From Mobula hypostoma (taxonomy: Eukaryota): a stretch of 64,000 nucleotides of DNA. Made by a program: the position numbers and the translations under genes. Below, one piece after another: positions 24,390-37,329 of the stretch (position 1 is its first letter; each line of letters starts with the position of its first letter). Below the pieces are notes generated by a model. That model searched no databases. It was not told the DNA's origin and worked only from the letters and a program-made list of their open reading frames with translations. The stretch is taken from the NCBI RefSeq assembly GCF_963921235.1, contig NC_086097.1:7254001-7318000 (forward strand). Direction: 5' to 3'.

Positions 24390-24830
24390 TTCTGCTCATG
24401 AATGCAAATATCTAACCATGAGGCAGCAACTTAATACAAAACAAAACGTGCGGACGTAGACAAGACGTTCAGGTGTTGTTCAGACCAGACCTCAGAATGG
24501 GAAGGAAATGTGATCTAAGTGACTTAGATGGTTGGTGCCAGAAAGGGTGGTTTGAGTAACTCAGAAACTGCTGATCTCCTGGAATTTTCATACACAACAG
24601 TCTCCAGAGTTTACAGATAACAGTGAAAAACATAAAACCATTCAGTGAGTGGCAGTTCTGTGAGTGAAAACACCTTGTTAATGAGAGAAGTCAGAGGAGA
24701 ATGGCCCAGACTATTTCAGGCAGATAGGAAAGTAACTCATCTAACCAGGCATTTGGACAGTGGTGTGCAGAAGAGAGTCTCTGAACACACAACATGTTGA
24801 ATTGTGTGGATGGGCTATGACCATGAACAC
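24390..24830 (+). mobile_element. Tc1-like transposase N-terminal (HTH) relic
   Basis: From 24497 the decayed translation MGRKCDLSD..MVGARKGGLSNSETADLLEFSYTTVSRVYR is a Tc1 paired-like HTH. Confidence 0.8.
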
Positions 24831-24984
24831 TTCATTTTAGATGGAACACAGTAACATTACACATCTTGCAGAGTAGCTGATGAGTTTATTGGAAATAGGG
24901 AAGCAAGGCAGCATTAAGTGTAAAGGAAGTTCTGGAAACAGAACTAAGTGTGCATTAGAGAGCATGGGAAACATTAGACCCTCC

Positions 24985-25545
24985 TTTAGTTGTGGTTGAC
25001 CATGGATGTTGTATGTCAGCTGTCTAGGTGATACACAAGCCAGGGCAGTATGAGAGCAAGCTGTTGCCTATGTAGCAGGCTCCCTCTCTCCACACAGCCG
25101 ATGAATCCAAAGGAATGGAAGAGACCAATACAGTTTGGTACCAGCAGGGAGTTGTCAGGCTGCGATGAACTCAACGTAGGATGGCCTTATTGACTCCAGC
25201 TCCAGAATTTTCTTTTGGGTTTACTCATGAAGCCTTCCCCATGAGTGGGTATAGCCACAAGGCAGCGTAGATTTGAGATCAGAGTTTTCCTTCTCCTCGA
25301 TGAGCTGCCAATCACAGTTGATAAGTTTCGCCTGCCCGAAGCAACTGACTTTAAGGTGCCATTAGCTCACCTTTGCTCCTTCTGCTGTCGGTAGAAACAG
25401 TTTCATTGGGCTCAGTAGCTAAGCCACACATGAAGGCCAGGAACTGGACTTCGTTGTCAGAGGCTGTTTTAGACAAAAGCCAATGGGAGTATTTAATAGA
25501 GAGTGGGAGCTTGTCCCCACTACCAACTCTGGCTATCATAACCTT
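24985..25545 (-). mobile_element. Non-autonomous RTE-like element, second family
   Basis: Minus-strand GGCAGCTCATC(G/T)AGGAGAAGGAAAACTCTGATCTCAAA motif resembling RTE 5' UTRs; a homologous copy lies at 34655-35085 and a fragment at 24344-24390. Confidence 0.6.
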
Positions 25546-27089
25546 CAAGAATAATAGGAAACGTTACAAGTGGAGTTTCAAGGGAATGTAGGAAGCTGGT
25601 TTCCAGTGAGGAACCTGGTCCTAGTTGTATGAGAGGAAATGCAGATAGTTAGGCTCAGCTCCAGTATGTCAGAAAGAGCATGAGCATCTTTTGCATAAGC
25701 CTGTTTAAACAGGTGGGGACTTAGAATTTTAAAGAAATCTCTCTAAGACTGCCACAGCCAATGGTGGGTCACCCCTCCAAAGCTGAAACTGAGTGCGTTG
25801 TAAATTCTCAGCAAGTCAGTTCACATTTCAGGTCAATGGTTTTCATTAGAAATGGGATAATATAGATATTGAAACAACTGGCACTATGCTGGACAACAAA
25901 CAACTTTCTGGAGGAACTCACGGAGCCAGGCAGCATCTGTGGAGGGAAATGGGCAGTCGATATTTCAAGTCAGTACCTTTCTTCTGGACTGTACTTTATA
26001 AGAACAGACTGTATAACACTGAACATTACAATGCAGCAAGGCCTTTCAGCCCACAATGTTGTGCTGACCTTTTAACATACTCTGAGTTTAATCTAACCCT
26101 TCCCTCCTACATAGCCCTCCATTTTTGTCTGGCCCATGTGTTTCTCTGAGCCACTGAAATATAGAATAAAAAATACTTGTTTTAGTTATGTGTTCAATGC
26201 AATAACATGACTTGTAAAGGAGGAAATTTGATGTAATAGGAACACATAAAGCTTTTGAAGAAGCATTTGTAATCACACACTTGGCTATTTTCAGTGCTGT
26301 AGTATTGATGAGTGTAGGGACTCATTTTAAGGCTTATAACACCAAATTCAGTCCAGATACATCAAATAAAGACTTCTATAAATATAGTTGTCATTACCAA
26401 ATGGACATTGAATGGAATTATGCGTCTTCTCAGACATGTGCCTGATGGCAAATTGGAAAAAGTAGATTCTGTTTGAACATTGTGTTATTCAAATCAAACA
26501 CACATATGAATCAATTGTGATTGAATTAGTTTCCCAAATGGCTCAAGGTCACTTTCCTTAATGTACAAAACATGTGCAGCACATTTTGACAAAACTATTC
26601 TAGGTTGGGAATCAACTGCTTTGCTCTGAACTTATTTGGCGTTTAAAGTGTTGTCACAGCTGGGGGAAATTTGCACAATGTTCAAAAGTGCTGGAGTCGT
26701 CAAAAGTGAAGAGGAAAACAAATTTAATTAAGGAGGAAGGAGATTGCATTATCACGTTCTTTATGGATAAGGAAGCCTTTTTATGTGACAAAGTTAAAAA
26801 TAAGATGCTATTGGGAATCAGAAATATTGTAGGAACTTCATATCTCTGTAAAGTTAGTTTAGTCTTAACGAAATCAATATGTATACATATTTTAATACAC
26901 AAAGATCTTTTCAGGTCCAAGGAAGTTCTGGTAGCCATTTTGGAACCTTTTCAAACCACGTACTGTAACTTGAGAAAATGTGAGAAATATTAAAACTACC
27001 ATTATTTTGATAACAGCTTTCCACAACTAAGTTAAATGTAAAACACATTAACATTGTTAAAGATATTTTTTATTAAGTCTTGAACTTCT

Positions 27090-27530
27090 TTGGCAGCTTT
27101 GGGCCTGTACTCACTGGAATTGAGAGGAATGCGGGGAGATCTCATTGAAACGTACCGAATGTCGAACGGATTAAGTAGGGTGGATGTGAAGAGGATGTTT
27201 CCTATGGTGGGGATATCCAAAACTGGAGGGCACAGCACGAAATTTAGTGGCGACCCTTTAAAACAGAAGTAAGGAGGATTTTTTTAGCCAGAGAGTAGTA
27301 AATCTGTGGAATGCTCTGTCACATTCTGCGGTGAAGGCCAAGTCCATGTGTATATTTAGACAGAAGTTGATTGCTTCCTGATCGGTCAGGGCATCAAAGG
27401 ATGTGGCGAGAAGGCAGGTGTATGGGGTTGAGTGGGATCTGGGATCAGCCATAATAGAATGGCAGAGCAGGCTCAATGGGCTGAATAGCTTAATTCTGCT
27501 CCTATGTCTTATGGTCTTATGGTCTTATGG
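27090..27530 (+). mobile_element. CR1 3' fragment
   Basis: AALGLYSLELRGMRGDLIETY followed by a (GTCTTATG)n tail. Confidence 0.85.
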
Positions 27531-28496
27531 TTCTCTTCCTTCATTCACATTAAGTTCTTCAATCACCAATCTGATTCTTGGGATGGTGAGTTTGCTGTAC
27601 GAGGAGAAACTGAGAGGACCATGATTATATTGACCTTAGGACAAGAGGAGATCCATGGAAACAGACCTTATTATTGTTTTTCCCCTTGTCCTAGCCATCC
27701 ATTCCCCAGTCTTCCTGAAACATAAAAACAACTTTCCAGTTCTGACAAAGACTCTGAATATTTTGTCCCAGCAAAGGGTTGCAAGGACTACTGAGAGGAT
27801 CTTTGGGTTTCCCTTCCTTCCGTATGAGAAATTTATCAGGAGGAGGGTCTTAGCATTGTCAATGACTCCTCCCATAAGTCTAACAATCTCTTTGTCACCG
27901 CCGGCCCCCCGCCACCACTATCACCACCGCTCCAACTATCTGGCAGAAGCATTAGCAAGAACTGATAGGATGGGAAGCAGTTTCTTCTCCCAAGCCGGAA
28001 GACTACTGAACTCCCTGTTGCCACCCAGGTATCATCGCATATGAAGTGTCAGTAGTGTTATACTGTTTACTTCTTAACTTGTGCCACAAATACACATTAC
28101 TAATTGCAAATTTATGAGTGATAATATAACTTTATGTGCTCTGAGTGAGTCATTTGTACTGTGTTGTGCACTTTGGTCTGGAGGAATAATGTTTCATTTG
28201 GTGGTATAAATATATACAGTTGAATGACAATGAACTTGAACTTGAAAGTGAGTCCCTGACATTGAACTCATTATAAAAGCTTGCAGCACTGTGACTGAAA
28301 TTAATGTGAACATCAAAGTTTGTTACAGTAAATCCAAGCCAATTCATCACCCAGGTTTGTGACCTCTACCACTAAAAAGAGCAACAATGTCACAGGAGCT
28401 TTACAAAATATACATTTTCTTCAAAGTCACATGGTTTCCTGAAGGGATAGCACTACCCTTTCATTTTTATATGTTTGAGTAATGACTTTGCTCTGT

Positions 28497-28812
28497 GAGG
28501 ACCACAGCCTTGTCATAAGGTTTGGAGGCTTGTGTGCCTCAAAGACCCAGAGAGCTATGCTGGCTGAAGTCTGGGCCTTGAGCTTTGGCTCTTGCTAGGG
28601 TCACCCATGCCAAACAGGTCAAAGGGTAGAGGCTAAACTAAGAGCAGTCCACCGGTCCTCCAGGTTCAGGGATTCAGCTCAGGGCTAACAACCCTGACTG
28701 GTCAAAGTAAATTGTTACGGAAACAGCAATGAATAATCTTTCTTTATCTGTGTATAAGGAGATGGAGGACCTTCATTGCTGCCCTAAGTGCTAGGAGCAT
28801 AACAGGCAGTTA
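28497..28812 (+). mobile_element. Non-autonomous RTE-derived element, copy 2
   Basis: Collinear with 3803-4218, with an internal deletion. Confidence 0.65.
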
Positions 28813-29290
28813 GATGTACCGTGAAGACACGGCCACTGGGGGAGTACTATTGTCACAATACGGCATGTTTGAGGAAGAAACTCCACCCTCACGGAAGATC
28901 TTGTAGCCATTTTAAACCTTTTCTACTCATGTACTGTAACTTGAGAACAAATAAGAAATATCAAAATTACCATTATTTTATAACAGCTTTTCACAGCTAA
29001 GTTAAATATAAAACACATTACCATTGTAACTTGAGGGCACCTTACACCTCTCCAGTTCTCTCCAATTCAACCAGGTGCCATATGCATGCCATGACAGAAA
29101 ATGCAATGGCCTTTTTGATTCCATTGCATTAAGCCACCAAGTATACTTCATGCTGATGAAATTAAAACCTTTCAATTTCTAGTAGTTAACTTCATTTGAT
29201 GAAAGTGCATGTATTATTACTCAATGAGTGTGGGAAATCAATGTGTTCTTCATAAACACAAAAAAATCTTCAGATGCTGGAAATCCAAGC

Positions 29291-29291
<1 letters not shown>

Positions 29292-29384
<93 letters not shown>
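29292..29384 (+). repeat. (CA)n microsatellite, about 46 units, inside a Penelope terminal fragment (about 29255-29470, minus strand)
   Basis: Read directly. It is an expansion of the native GCAACACACACAAAATGCTGG tract. Confidence 0.95.
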
Positions 29385-29386
<2 letters not shown>

Positions 29387-30748
29387 GCTGGAGGAAATCC
29401 GCAGGCCGCGCGGCATCTATGCCAAGGAGTAAACGGTCAATGTTTTGGGCCAAGATCATTCATCAGGACTGATGGATCAGGCTTCTGAATAAAAAGGGTT
29501 AAGTACATTCACTTGCCCCACTATTGAAATGTTCCTACAACCAACGAGTTCACTTTAAGGACTCTTTATCTCCTGTTTTCAGTATTCATTGCTATTTATT
29601 AATATTTGCATTTGCACAGTTTGTTGTCTTCTGTGTTCTGGTTGATCTTCCACTGATAACTGTTATAGTTACCATTCCATACATTTGTTGAGTATGCCCG
29701 CAAAAAAATGATTCTCAAGGTTGTATATGGTGACATACTGTATATGTACTCCGATAATAAAATATACTTGGACTTTGAGCATACAGAAAGTTATGGTTTA
29801 CAATATCCTTGGTCCTGGGTGACAATGGACAACAGAAATAGATCTGTTTTAAATACCACTGTTGTTTCTGCTCAATGGCCAATGCCAATCAAAGAGACAA
29901 GTAGCATATTTATGAGAGCAAGGGTGAAATTTGGAGGCTTTAGAAGGCTTTAGTCACTTGGAGTATCGTGAGCAGTTTTTAGCCCCTTATCTATGAAATG
30001 TGTACTAGCATTGGAGTGGGTCCAGAGGAGGTTTATGAGAATGTTCCCAGAAATGGATCAGAAATTTGGTAACACCTGCCTTATATGTTAATCCTTTCAA
30101 GAAAGGCAGGTGTTATCAGATTTTTACAGCATGGGACCGTGGACCCCAGGTTGGAAATCTTTGGTATAAGGAGGGTTTGATGGCTTATACTCATTGGAGT
30201 TTTGTAGCGGTGTGCTACACACAGCGCTAGAATAACCACACAGAGTCGGTGAGTTAGAGTTGCGATGAAAGAGATTTATTCAAACTTCGCGGCCTGCTTT
30301 AAAGCCTTCCCGTTCCCGCCCTCCCTGGGCGGGATTGCTGTGGGGAATGCATATTCCCAGACCCTTTCTGCGCGCGGGATTTTCCCCCTGCTGGTGAAGA
30401 TGGCCTGGCGCCCTTTTTGGGGCCGGCCCTCTGCCTGCGCGCGCTGTTGTGAGCCGGTTCGTGTGTGCCAGAAAGTGGGTCACCACATAACCCCCCCCCC
30501 CCAGAACCGGCGATACCTCCCCCAATGTCCACACTCTGGATCGGCCTCTGTTTGGGAGGTCTGCCCCTGCGCCGCGGTGCCTGAGCCTGGACCGGTTGCA
30601 CCAAGTCCACATGGGCCGGTTTGAGTCGGTCCACCGTGAAAACCTCCTCTCTCCCCCCAATGTCCAGCACGAACGTGGACTCATTGTTCCTGATCACCTT
30701 AAACGGCCCCTCGTAGGGCCGCTGTAGCGGTGCCCGGTGTCCGCCCCG

Positions 30749-31759
30749 TCATACAAAAAGAAACTTACAGTTCTGCAGGTCTTTGGGTACGCAGGTCGGG
30801 CTCTGTTCGTGCTGTGAAGTGGGGATGGGGGCCAGGTTACCGAGCCTCTCCCGTAGTCTGTCCAGGACTGCTGTGGGTTCTTCCTCTTGCCCCCTTGGGG
30901 CTGGTATGAACTCTCCTGGGACGACCAGGGGCGCGCCGTACACCAACTTGGCCGACGAGGTGTGCAGATCCTCTTTGGGCGCTGTGCGGATTCCGAGCAG
31001 GACCCAGGGAAGCTCGTCCACCCAGTTAGGCCCCTCCAGGCGGGCCATGAGAGCCGACTTCAGGTGACGGTGGAAGTGCTCCAATAGTCCGTTCGACTGT
31101 GGGTGGTAGGCAGTTGTGTGGTGTAGCTGTGTTCCTAAAAGTCTGGCCATAGCCGACCACAGGCTGGAGGTGAACTGGGCGCCCCTGTCGGAGGTAATGT
31201 GGGCTGGTACACCGAAGCGGGCTACCCAGGTTGCGATCAGTGCTCGAGCACAGGATTCGGAGGTGGTGTCGGTGAGTGGGACTGCCTCTGGCCATCTGGT
31301 GAAGCGGTCTACCATCGTTAGGAGGTACCGCACTCCTCGCAACATTGGCAGGGGCCCCACGATATCCACATGGATGTGGTCGAACCTCCAGCGGGTGGGT
31401 TCGAACCGCTGCGGCGGAGCCTTGGTGTGCCGCTGCACCTTGGCTGTTTGGCACTGCATACACGTTTTGGCCCATTCACTGACGGGTTTACAAAGTCCAT
31501 GCCACGTGAACCTGTTGGCGACCAGCCAGACGGTTGTCCTGATGGAGGGGTGCACTAAGTTGTGAATGGACTCGAAAACCCGCCGGCGCCAGGCTGCTGG
31601 GACGACGGGGCGGGGTTGGCCGGTAGCTACGTCACATAGTAGTGTCTTCTCACCTGGGCCTACAGGGAGGTCTTGAAGCTGTAAACCGGAGACTGCAGTC
31701 CTGTAACTGGGGATCTCAGTGTCTGCCTGCTGTGCCTCTGTCAGCGCTGTATAGTCCAC
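30749..31759 (-). pseudogene. Gypsy integrase (HHCC + DDE); frameshifted before the GPY/F region
   Basis: HNLVH..CMQC, HVDIVGP, TSDRGAQF and HPQSNGLLE motifs; downstream, in another frame, PLQRPYEGPFK. Confidence 0.9.
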
Positions 31760-31944
31760 CCACGGGACAGGGCCTGTATGGTAGGTCTGGAAAGTGCATC
31801 CGCCATGATGTTGTTCTTTCCAGAGACATGCCGGATGTCCGTCGTGTACTCGGAGATGTAGGACAGATGTCGCTGCTGGCGGGACGACCAGGAGTCGGAC
31901 ACCTTAGTGAACGCAAAGGTAAGCGGTTTGTGGTCTGTGAACGG

Positions 31945-32452
31945 ATGCCCCTCTCTCTTTCCTGGCATTCCACAGCACATCTGCTCGGGCCGCCACCTCC
32001 CGGGGGTTGCTGAAATCTGCGTCGGACAGCAGCAGGCATATGTCCTCAGGCAGTTGCTCTAGGAACGCCTGCTCAAACATGAGGCAGGGTTTGTGTCCTT
32101 CAGCCAGGGCCAGAATCTCGTTCATTAGTGCTGATGGCGGCCTGTCTCCCAAACCATCCAGGTGCAGTAAGCGGCGTGCTCGTTCGCGCCGTGAGAGTCC
32201 GAAAGTCCTTATGAGCAGGGCTTTGAATGCTGTGTATTTGCCGTCCTCCGGGGGCGACTGTATAAACTCCTCAACTTGTGCAGCTGTCTCCTGGTCGAGG
32301 GAGCTCAGCACGTAGTAGTAGCGAGTGGACTCCGAGGTTATCTGCCGAATGTGGAATTGTGCTTCTGCTTGTTCGAACCATAATTGGGGTCGCAGCGTCC
32401 AGAAGTTTGGCAGTTTTAACGAAACTGCGTGAGCAGATGCAGCGTCGGTCAT
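31945..32452 (-). pseudogene. Gypsy gag N-terminal part, truncated by an internal deletion
   Basis: MTDAASAHAVSLKLPNFWTLRPQLWFEQAEAQFHIRQIT..LGDRPPSALMNE, fused out of frame to the RNase H tail FTDHKPL. Confidence 0.85.
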
Positions 32453-34269
32453 CTCTGGTCCAAATATCGTTTGGGCCGTCGGGGTCACCAATTGTAGCAG
32501 TGTGCTACACACAGCACTAGAATAACCACACGGAGTCGGTGAGTTAGAGTTGCGATTAAAGAGATTTATTCAAACTTCGCGGCCTGCTTTTAAAACCTTC
32601 CCATTCCCGCCCTCCCTGGGGCGGGATTGCTGTGGGGAATGCATATTCCCAGACGCTTTCTGCGCGCGGGATTTTCCCCCTGCTGGTGAAGATGGCCTGG
32701 CGCCCTTTTTGGGGCTGGCCCTCTGCCTGCGCGCGCTGTTGTGAGCCGGTTCGTGTGTGCCAGAAAGTGGGTCGCCACAATTTAGAAGAATGAGGGGTGG
32801 GGGGAATCTCACGGAAATCTATAGAATATTGAAAACCCTAGATGGAGTCAAAGTGGAGAGACTGTTTCCTATAGCGGGGTGGTCCAGGACCAGAGGGCAC
32901 AATCTTAGAATAGAACGATGTTCCTTTTGAACAGAGCTGCAGAGGGAATTCTTGAGTCAGAGGGTGGTGAATAGAGGAATTCATTGCCACAGACGGCCGT
33001 GGAGTCCAAGTCATTGGGTTTAGTTAAAGTGGAGGCTGCTATATTCTTGATTAGTCAGGACATCAAAGTTTATGGGAAGAAGTGAGGAGAATGGAATTGA
33101 GAGGGATAATAAATAAGCCATGGTGGAATGGGGGATCAGACTTGATGGGCCAAATGGCCTAACGGTCTTACAGTTCATGACATTTAAGTCAGCTGTGTCC
33201 TTGACAGTTACGGAGAATATTACACTTAGTTTTGTAGTTCTTTAGATCTGCTAGTCTTTCAGACAGGTCAAAACAGCAGCACAAACGTTGATACTCAAGT
33301 GCTCCAGCACTATTGCAGAAATAACATTCTTAGAAGCAACAACACTGGCTCCAGTGTCTTTTACCGCTGCTGGCTGTATAATTACAAGATAATTTATGCC
33401 ACGTTGGAACAAGTACATTTAATTTTCTTGTAATCATGGCTTTTAAAGGATTTATTTAATGTAATTTTAACAAATCCTCATTCTCTCTAAAAGGTCTCCT
33501 AATCCAGACGATTTCAGCACTCCTTGATGCTGTCTCCTTAACATCTGGGGTATCATTATACACATAAATATTTATTAGTCTTATTGCAAGTCATAGATGA
33601 AACGGTTATGTTATTGGACACCAAGAGATGGTTTTTAAAGAGAAAAAATGTTGTTTCAAATATTTGCTTCTGTCACATTGATGGGGATAGATCACATTAC
33701 TAATAACCATTGCCTTTAGAAAGAACTTCACTGGCAGGAAGGTCAGAAACCAGGGTCCATATAGGATAATTAGTAATAGAAGTTGTGGGGCCTTTATTCA
33801 AACAGTGGATTGTTATGTCTACCAGAAAGTTGGTGGGGAGTGAATGGGGGGAGAGGGGTGGGGGTGGTGGGGGAGCGGGGTGTTGTGAACAGAAGAAATC
33901 ATAACTTTCTGAATTAAACTGTATATTTGAAAAGAGGGAAGAGTCAAAGAGACAATAAAAGTTCAGTGGGCAGAATGGCCTCTTTTCTTTCCAGTAGGTC
34001 CTTTCTCAGAATGAGAAAATGTTAGCTATTACATCTCAGGCCTTTGCTGATTAAGGTCAAAGTTCAAAGGATATTTTTTATCAAAGTGTGTATACAATAT
34101 ACAACCTTGAGAATCTTCTGCTTGCAGAAACCCAAAAGAATCCATGAAAGAAAAGGCTATCAAACACCCAATGTGCAGAGAGAAGATAAAACAAATTGTG
34201 CAAACAATAAAAGTAAGCAATAGCATTTAGAACAAAAGTGAGTCCTCAAACATGAGAAAGGAACAAAAC

Positions 34270-34655
34270 TGGCCTGATTGTCAGCTCTGGTCCCAACACC
34301 TTACCGTGGATCAAAAAGGGTCACCTGACTGTCACCTCTGGTCCCAACACCTTACCATGAATCGAAAAGGGTCACCCGACTGTCACCTCTGGTCCCAACA
34401 CCTCACCATGGATTGAAAAGGGTCACCCGACTGTCACCTCTGGTCCTAACACCTTACCATGGATTGAAAAGGGTCACCTGACTGTCACCTCTGGTCCCAA
34501 CACCTTACCATGGATCAAAAAGGGTCACCTGACTGTCACCTCTGGTCCCAACACCTTACCATGGATTGAAAAGGGTCACCTTACCGTGGATCAAAAAGGG
34601 TCACCTGACTGTCACCTCTGGTCCCAACGCCTTACCGTGGATTGAAAAGGGTCGA
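34270..34655 (+). repeat. 51-bp minisatellite, about 7.5 units
   Basis: Unit CTGTCACCTCTGGTCCCAACACCTTACCATGGATTGAAAAGGGTCACCTGA starts at 34329, 34380, 34431, 34482 and 34533, with a half unit near 34580. Confidence 0.95.
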
Positions 34656-37329
34656 CAATGGATGTTGCACCCCATTTGCCTGGATATGCAAGTCAGTGGA
34701 GCATGTACAGATATGGAGAGCAAGCTGTTGTCCCTGTAGCAGACTCTTCACCTCCACACAGCTGATATATCCAACCGAAAAAATAGGGACCAGTACTGTT
34801 TGGCACCCGCAACGTCGCAGGAGTTGCCCATCAGCGTTGAATTCAATTTACCGCCTTAGGGACTCCAGCTACAGATTTTTCCCCCAGGGTTTACTCCCAA
34901 AGCATCTCCCATGAATGGATACAGCCACAAGGCAGCGGAGGTTTGAGATCAAAGTTTTCCTTCTCCTAGATGAGCTGCCAACCTGGCTGATAGGCCCCAT
35001 CTGCCTGAAGCGACTGGTTTTAAGGTGCCAATAACCCACCTTTGCCCCTTCTCCTATCAGTAGAATCGGCTCCGCTGGATGCACTCCATTGGGAGAATTT
35101 AGCCGTAACTGGTTTTATGACTTTAGTTGTGATAAAACATGAAATCCGCAGTGGACCCACAATGAACACACTGTGGGAATGAGACTTTGTGACTAATTTG
35201 TGAATGTAGAACAGTGAGAGGAGATTTGTTTGAGGAGTACAAAATTATGAGGGGTATAGATAGGGTAAATGTAAGCTGACTTTTCCCACTGACATTGGGT
35301 GGGACTACAACCAGAGATCATGGGTTGAGAGTGAGAGGTGAGAAGTTTAAGGGGAACATGAGCGGAAACTTCTTCCCTCAGAGAATCGTGAGAGTGTGGA
35401 ATGAGTTGGCAATACAACTGGTGCGTGCGAGCTCGATTTCAATTTTTAAGAGAAATTTGGGTATGCACGTGGATGGGAACAATGGGAGCCATCTCACAGC
35501 CTCAGCGTCACGGAGAGAGAAGTAAATGTCATGGAGGAGCAAGCAGACTTCGTCCAACCCTCAACTCCAGTCCTGACACCTTGCCTTTTCTGTCTATCTG
35601 GGCTGGTGCTTAAATTGTCCAAACACTGGGTTGTCCCCCGCACTAGGACCTGGGCCTCGCCGCAAAGATACGCAGGTTGGATCTTTCATGATGTTATTTT
35701 CTCTTTTCTAGCACCTTTCCATATCTGTGTCCTTGATGGCAGGTAGGCTGATGCGGGTGATGTGTGGGTAGTTGTGACTACCGAGTGTAGAGACTTCTTA
35801 TCCTCCGCAGTGTTCCAAAGCATGTGAGTTAAACCGCGTATGTATTGAAGCTATTCTCAATGCTGTAAAGCTCCACCAGCAGGAATTCTGGCTTTCAATG
35901 ACAAAAATCACAGGAGGGAAAATAGCTTCAAGTCTTGTTATAGAATTCCAGCTGTTGGATATTAAGGCACAGACTTTCAGGTGGTTACTGGGAACTTAAC
36001 ATCAATTTCAGCCTATAATGTATTGCAGCTGTACATGGTAACTTGCAAACAATAGAAGAATGGGAAATGGGTGCTCCTTAGTTATAATAAGATTTTCACC
36101 TGCTTGTGTTTAAATTATGTTTAATGTTGAGAACAAAGTCATGGGTACAGTACAATCTAAAGCTTGAAGAGTACAATCCCTCTGAAAATAGTCAATAAGT
36201 TCAAGTTTATTGTTACATGACTGTACATATAAAGTACTGTGCAAAAGTCTTATATATATAACTAGGATTCATTAGTCTCATAGCCTGAGGGATGAAGCTA
36301 TTACCCAGTCTGGCAGTACTGGTCCTGATGCTCCTGTACCTCCTTCCTGATGGTAGTGGCACAGAGAGACTGATAAGGATCCTCAACAATGCTTTGGGCC
36401 CTTTGTCTATAACTCTCCTGGTAAACGTCACAAATAGAGGAGAAGGAGACCCCCGGAATCCTCTCGGTGTGTTTACTATCCTCTTCAAGGTCTTGCAGTC
36501 CAATGCCTTGCAGCTTTTGTACCACGCAATGATGCAGACAGACAGGACAATCAATGAATTAGGGACTCTTCCTTCATGAGTAACACTATGCAGTAGCATA
36601 CTTGAAGTATTATTACTATATCATCATTACCACTGTCTATTCATTCACTCCTTGCCTGTTGATCCTTTAAATAATGAAATGGGGTTGCTTTGTGTATGCA
36701 TTGACAGTTCTCTGAACAACAAATATATGAGCAACCTTGAAGCTGAATGGTGGAATTATTAAATGTTCCTCACTGAAATGCAGATAACAAAAAGTAAAAA
36801 CATGTTCGATTTTGCTATCTTCTGTATTTATATTCATTGTGCCTTTTTAAAATTTTTATTGTGTTTTTTTTGTGCTGCATCAGATTGGAAGTAACAATTA
36901 TTTCATTCTCCTTTACAAATGTGTACTGGAAATGACATTAAACAATCTTTGATCTTGAACATTTACTAATTCTGATAAAAAGTCAATCAACCCACAACAG
37001 CTTTTCTCACAGCTACATTAAATGCTTTCAATTCAGATGTTCAAATCAATACACTGACAATTCCATAGCCCTGCCCTCCACTCTGTCCTATCCCAGCTGG
37101 AAGATAGGGTCTCGTATGCCAAACTGCTGTTTATAGATTTCAGTTCAGTATTTAACACCATGATACCCCAGAAACTGGTGTGGAAGTGTATGACAGTGCT
37201 TTACACCCTGGGCTGGAGAAACAATGTCTCATTAGACAGTGTACATGTATATAGTTAAATGACAATAAACTTGACTTGATTTAACTTGATTTGAATATAT
37301 TTTCTGTTGTCATGACATTGACTTGCTCT

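Larger units (their letters stand above)
30203..32779 (-). mobile_element. Internally deleted Gypsy element (CsRN1-like), both LTRs intact, inserted in a CR1 fragment
   Basis: LTRs 30203-30487 and 32493-32779 (TG..CA; about 9 substitutions and 2 indels by eye). PBS TGGTGACCCCGACG at 32490-32477 (tRNA-Trp type); G12 PPT at 30491-30502; flanks GTTT/ATTT. The host CR1 reads GGAGTTT|AGAAGAATGAGG. Confidence 0.95.

Noticed and set aside
29209..29488. His/Thr-repeat and Cys/Val-repeat ORFs (also the SLSLCLSV ORFs at 45703-46093 and the Pro-rich ORF at 42214-42750)
   Set aside because: These are translations of microsatellite or low-complexity DNA.
34270..34655. Regularly spaced repeats resembling a CRISPR array
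   Set aside because: The units are head-to-tail with no unique spacers, there are no cas genes, and the context is eukaryotic; it is a minisatellite.
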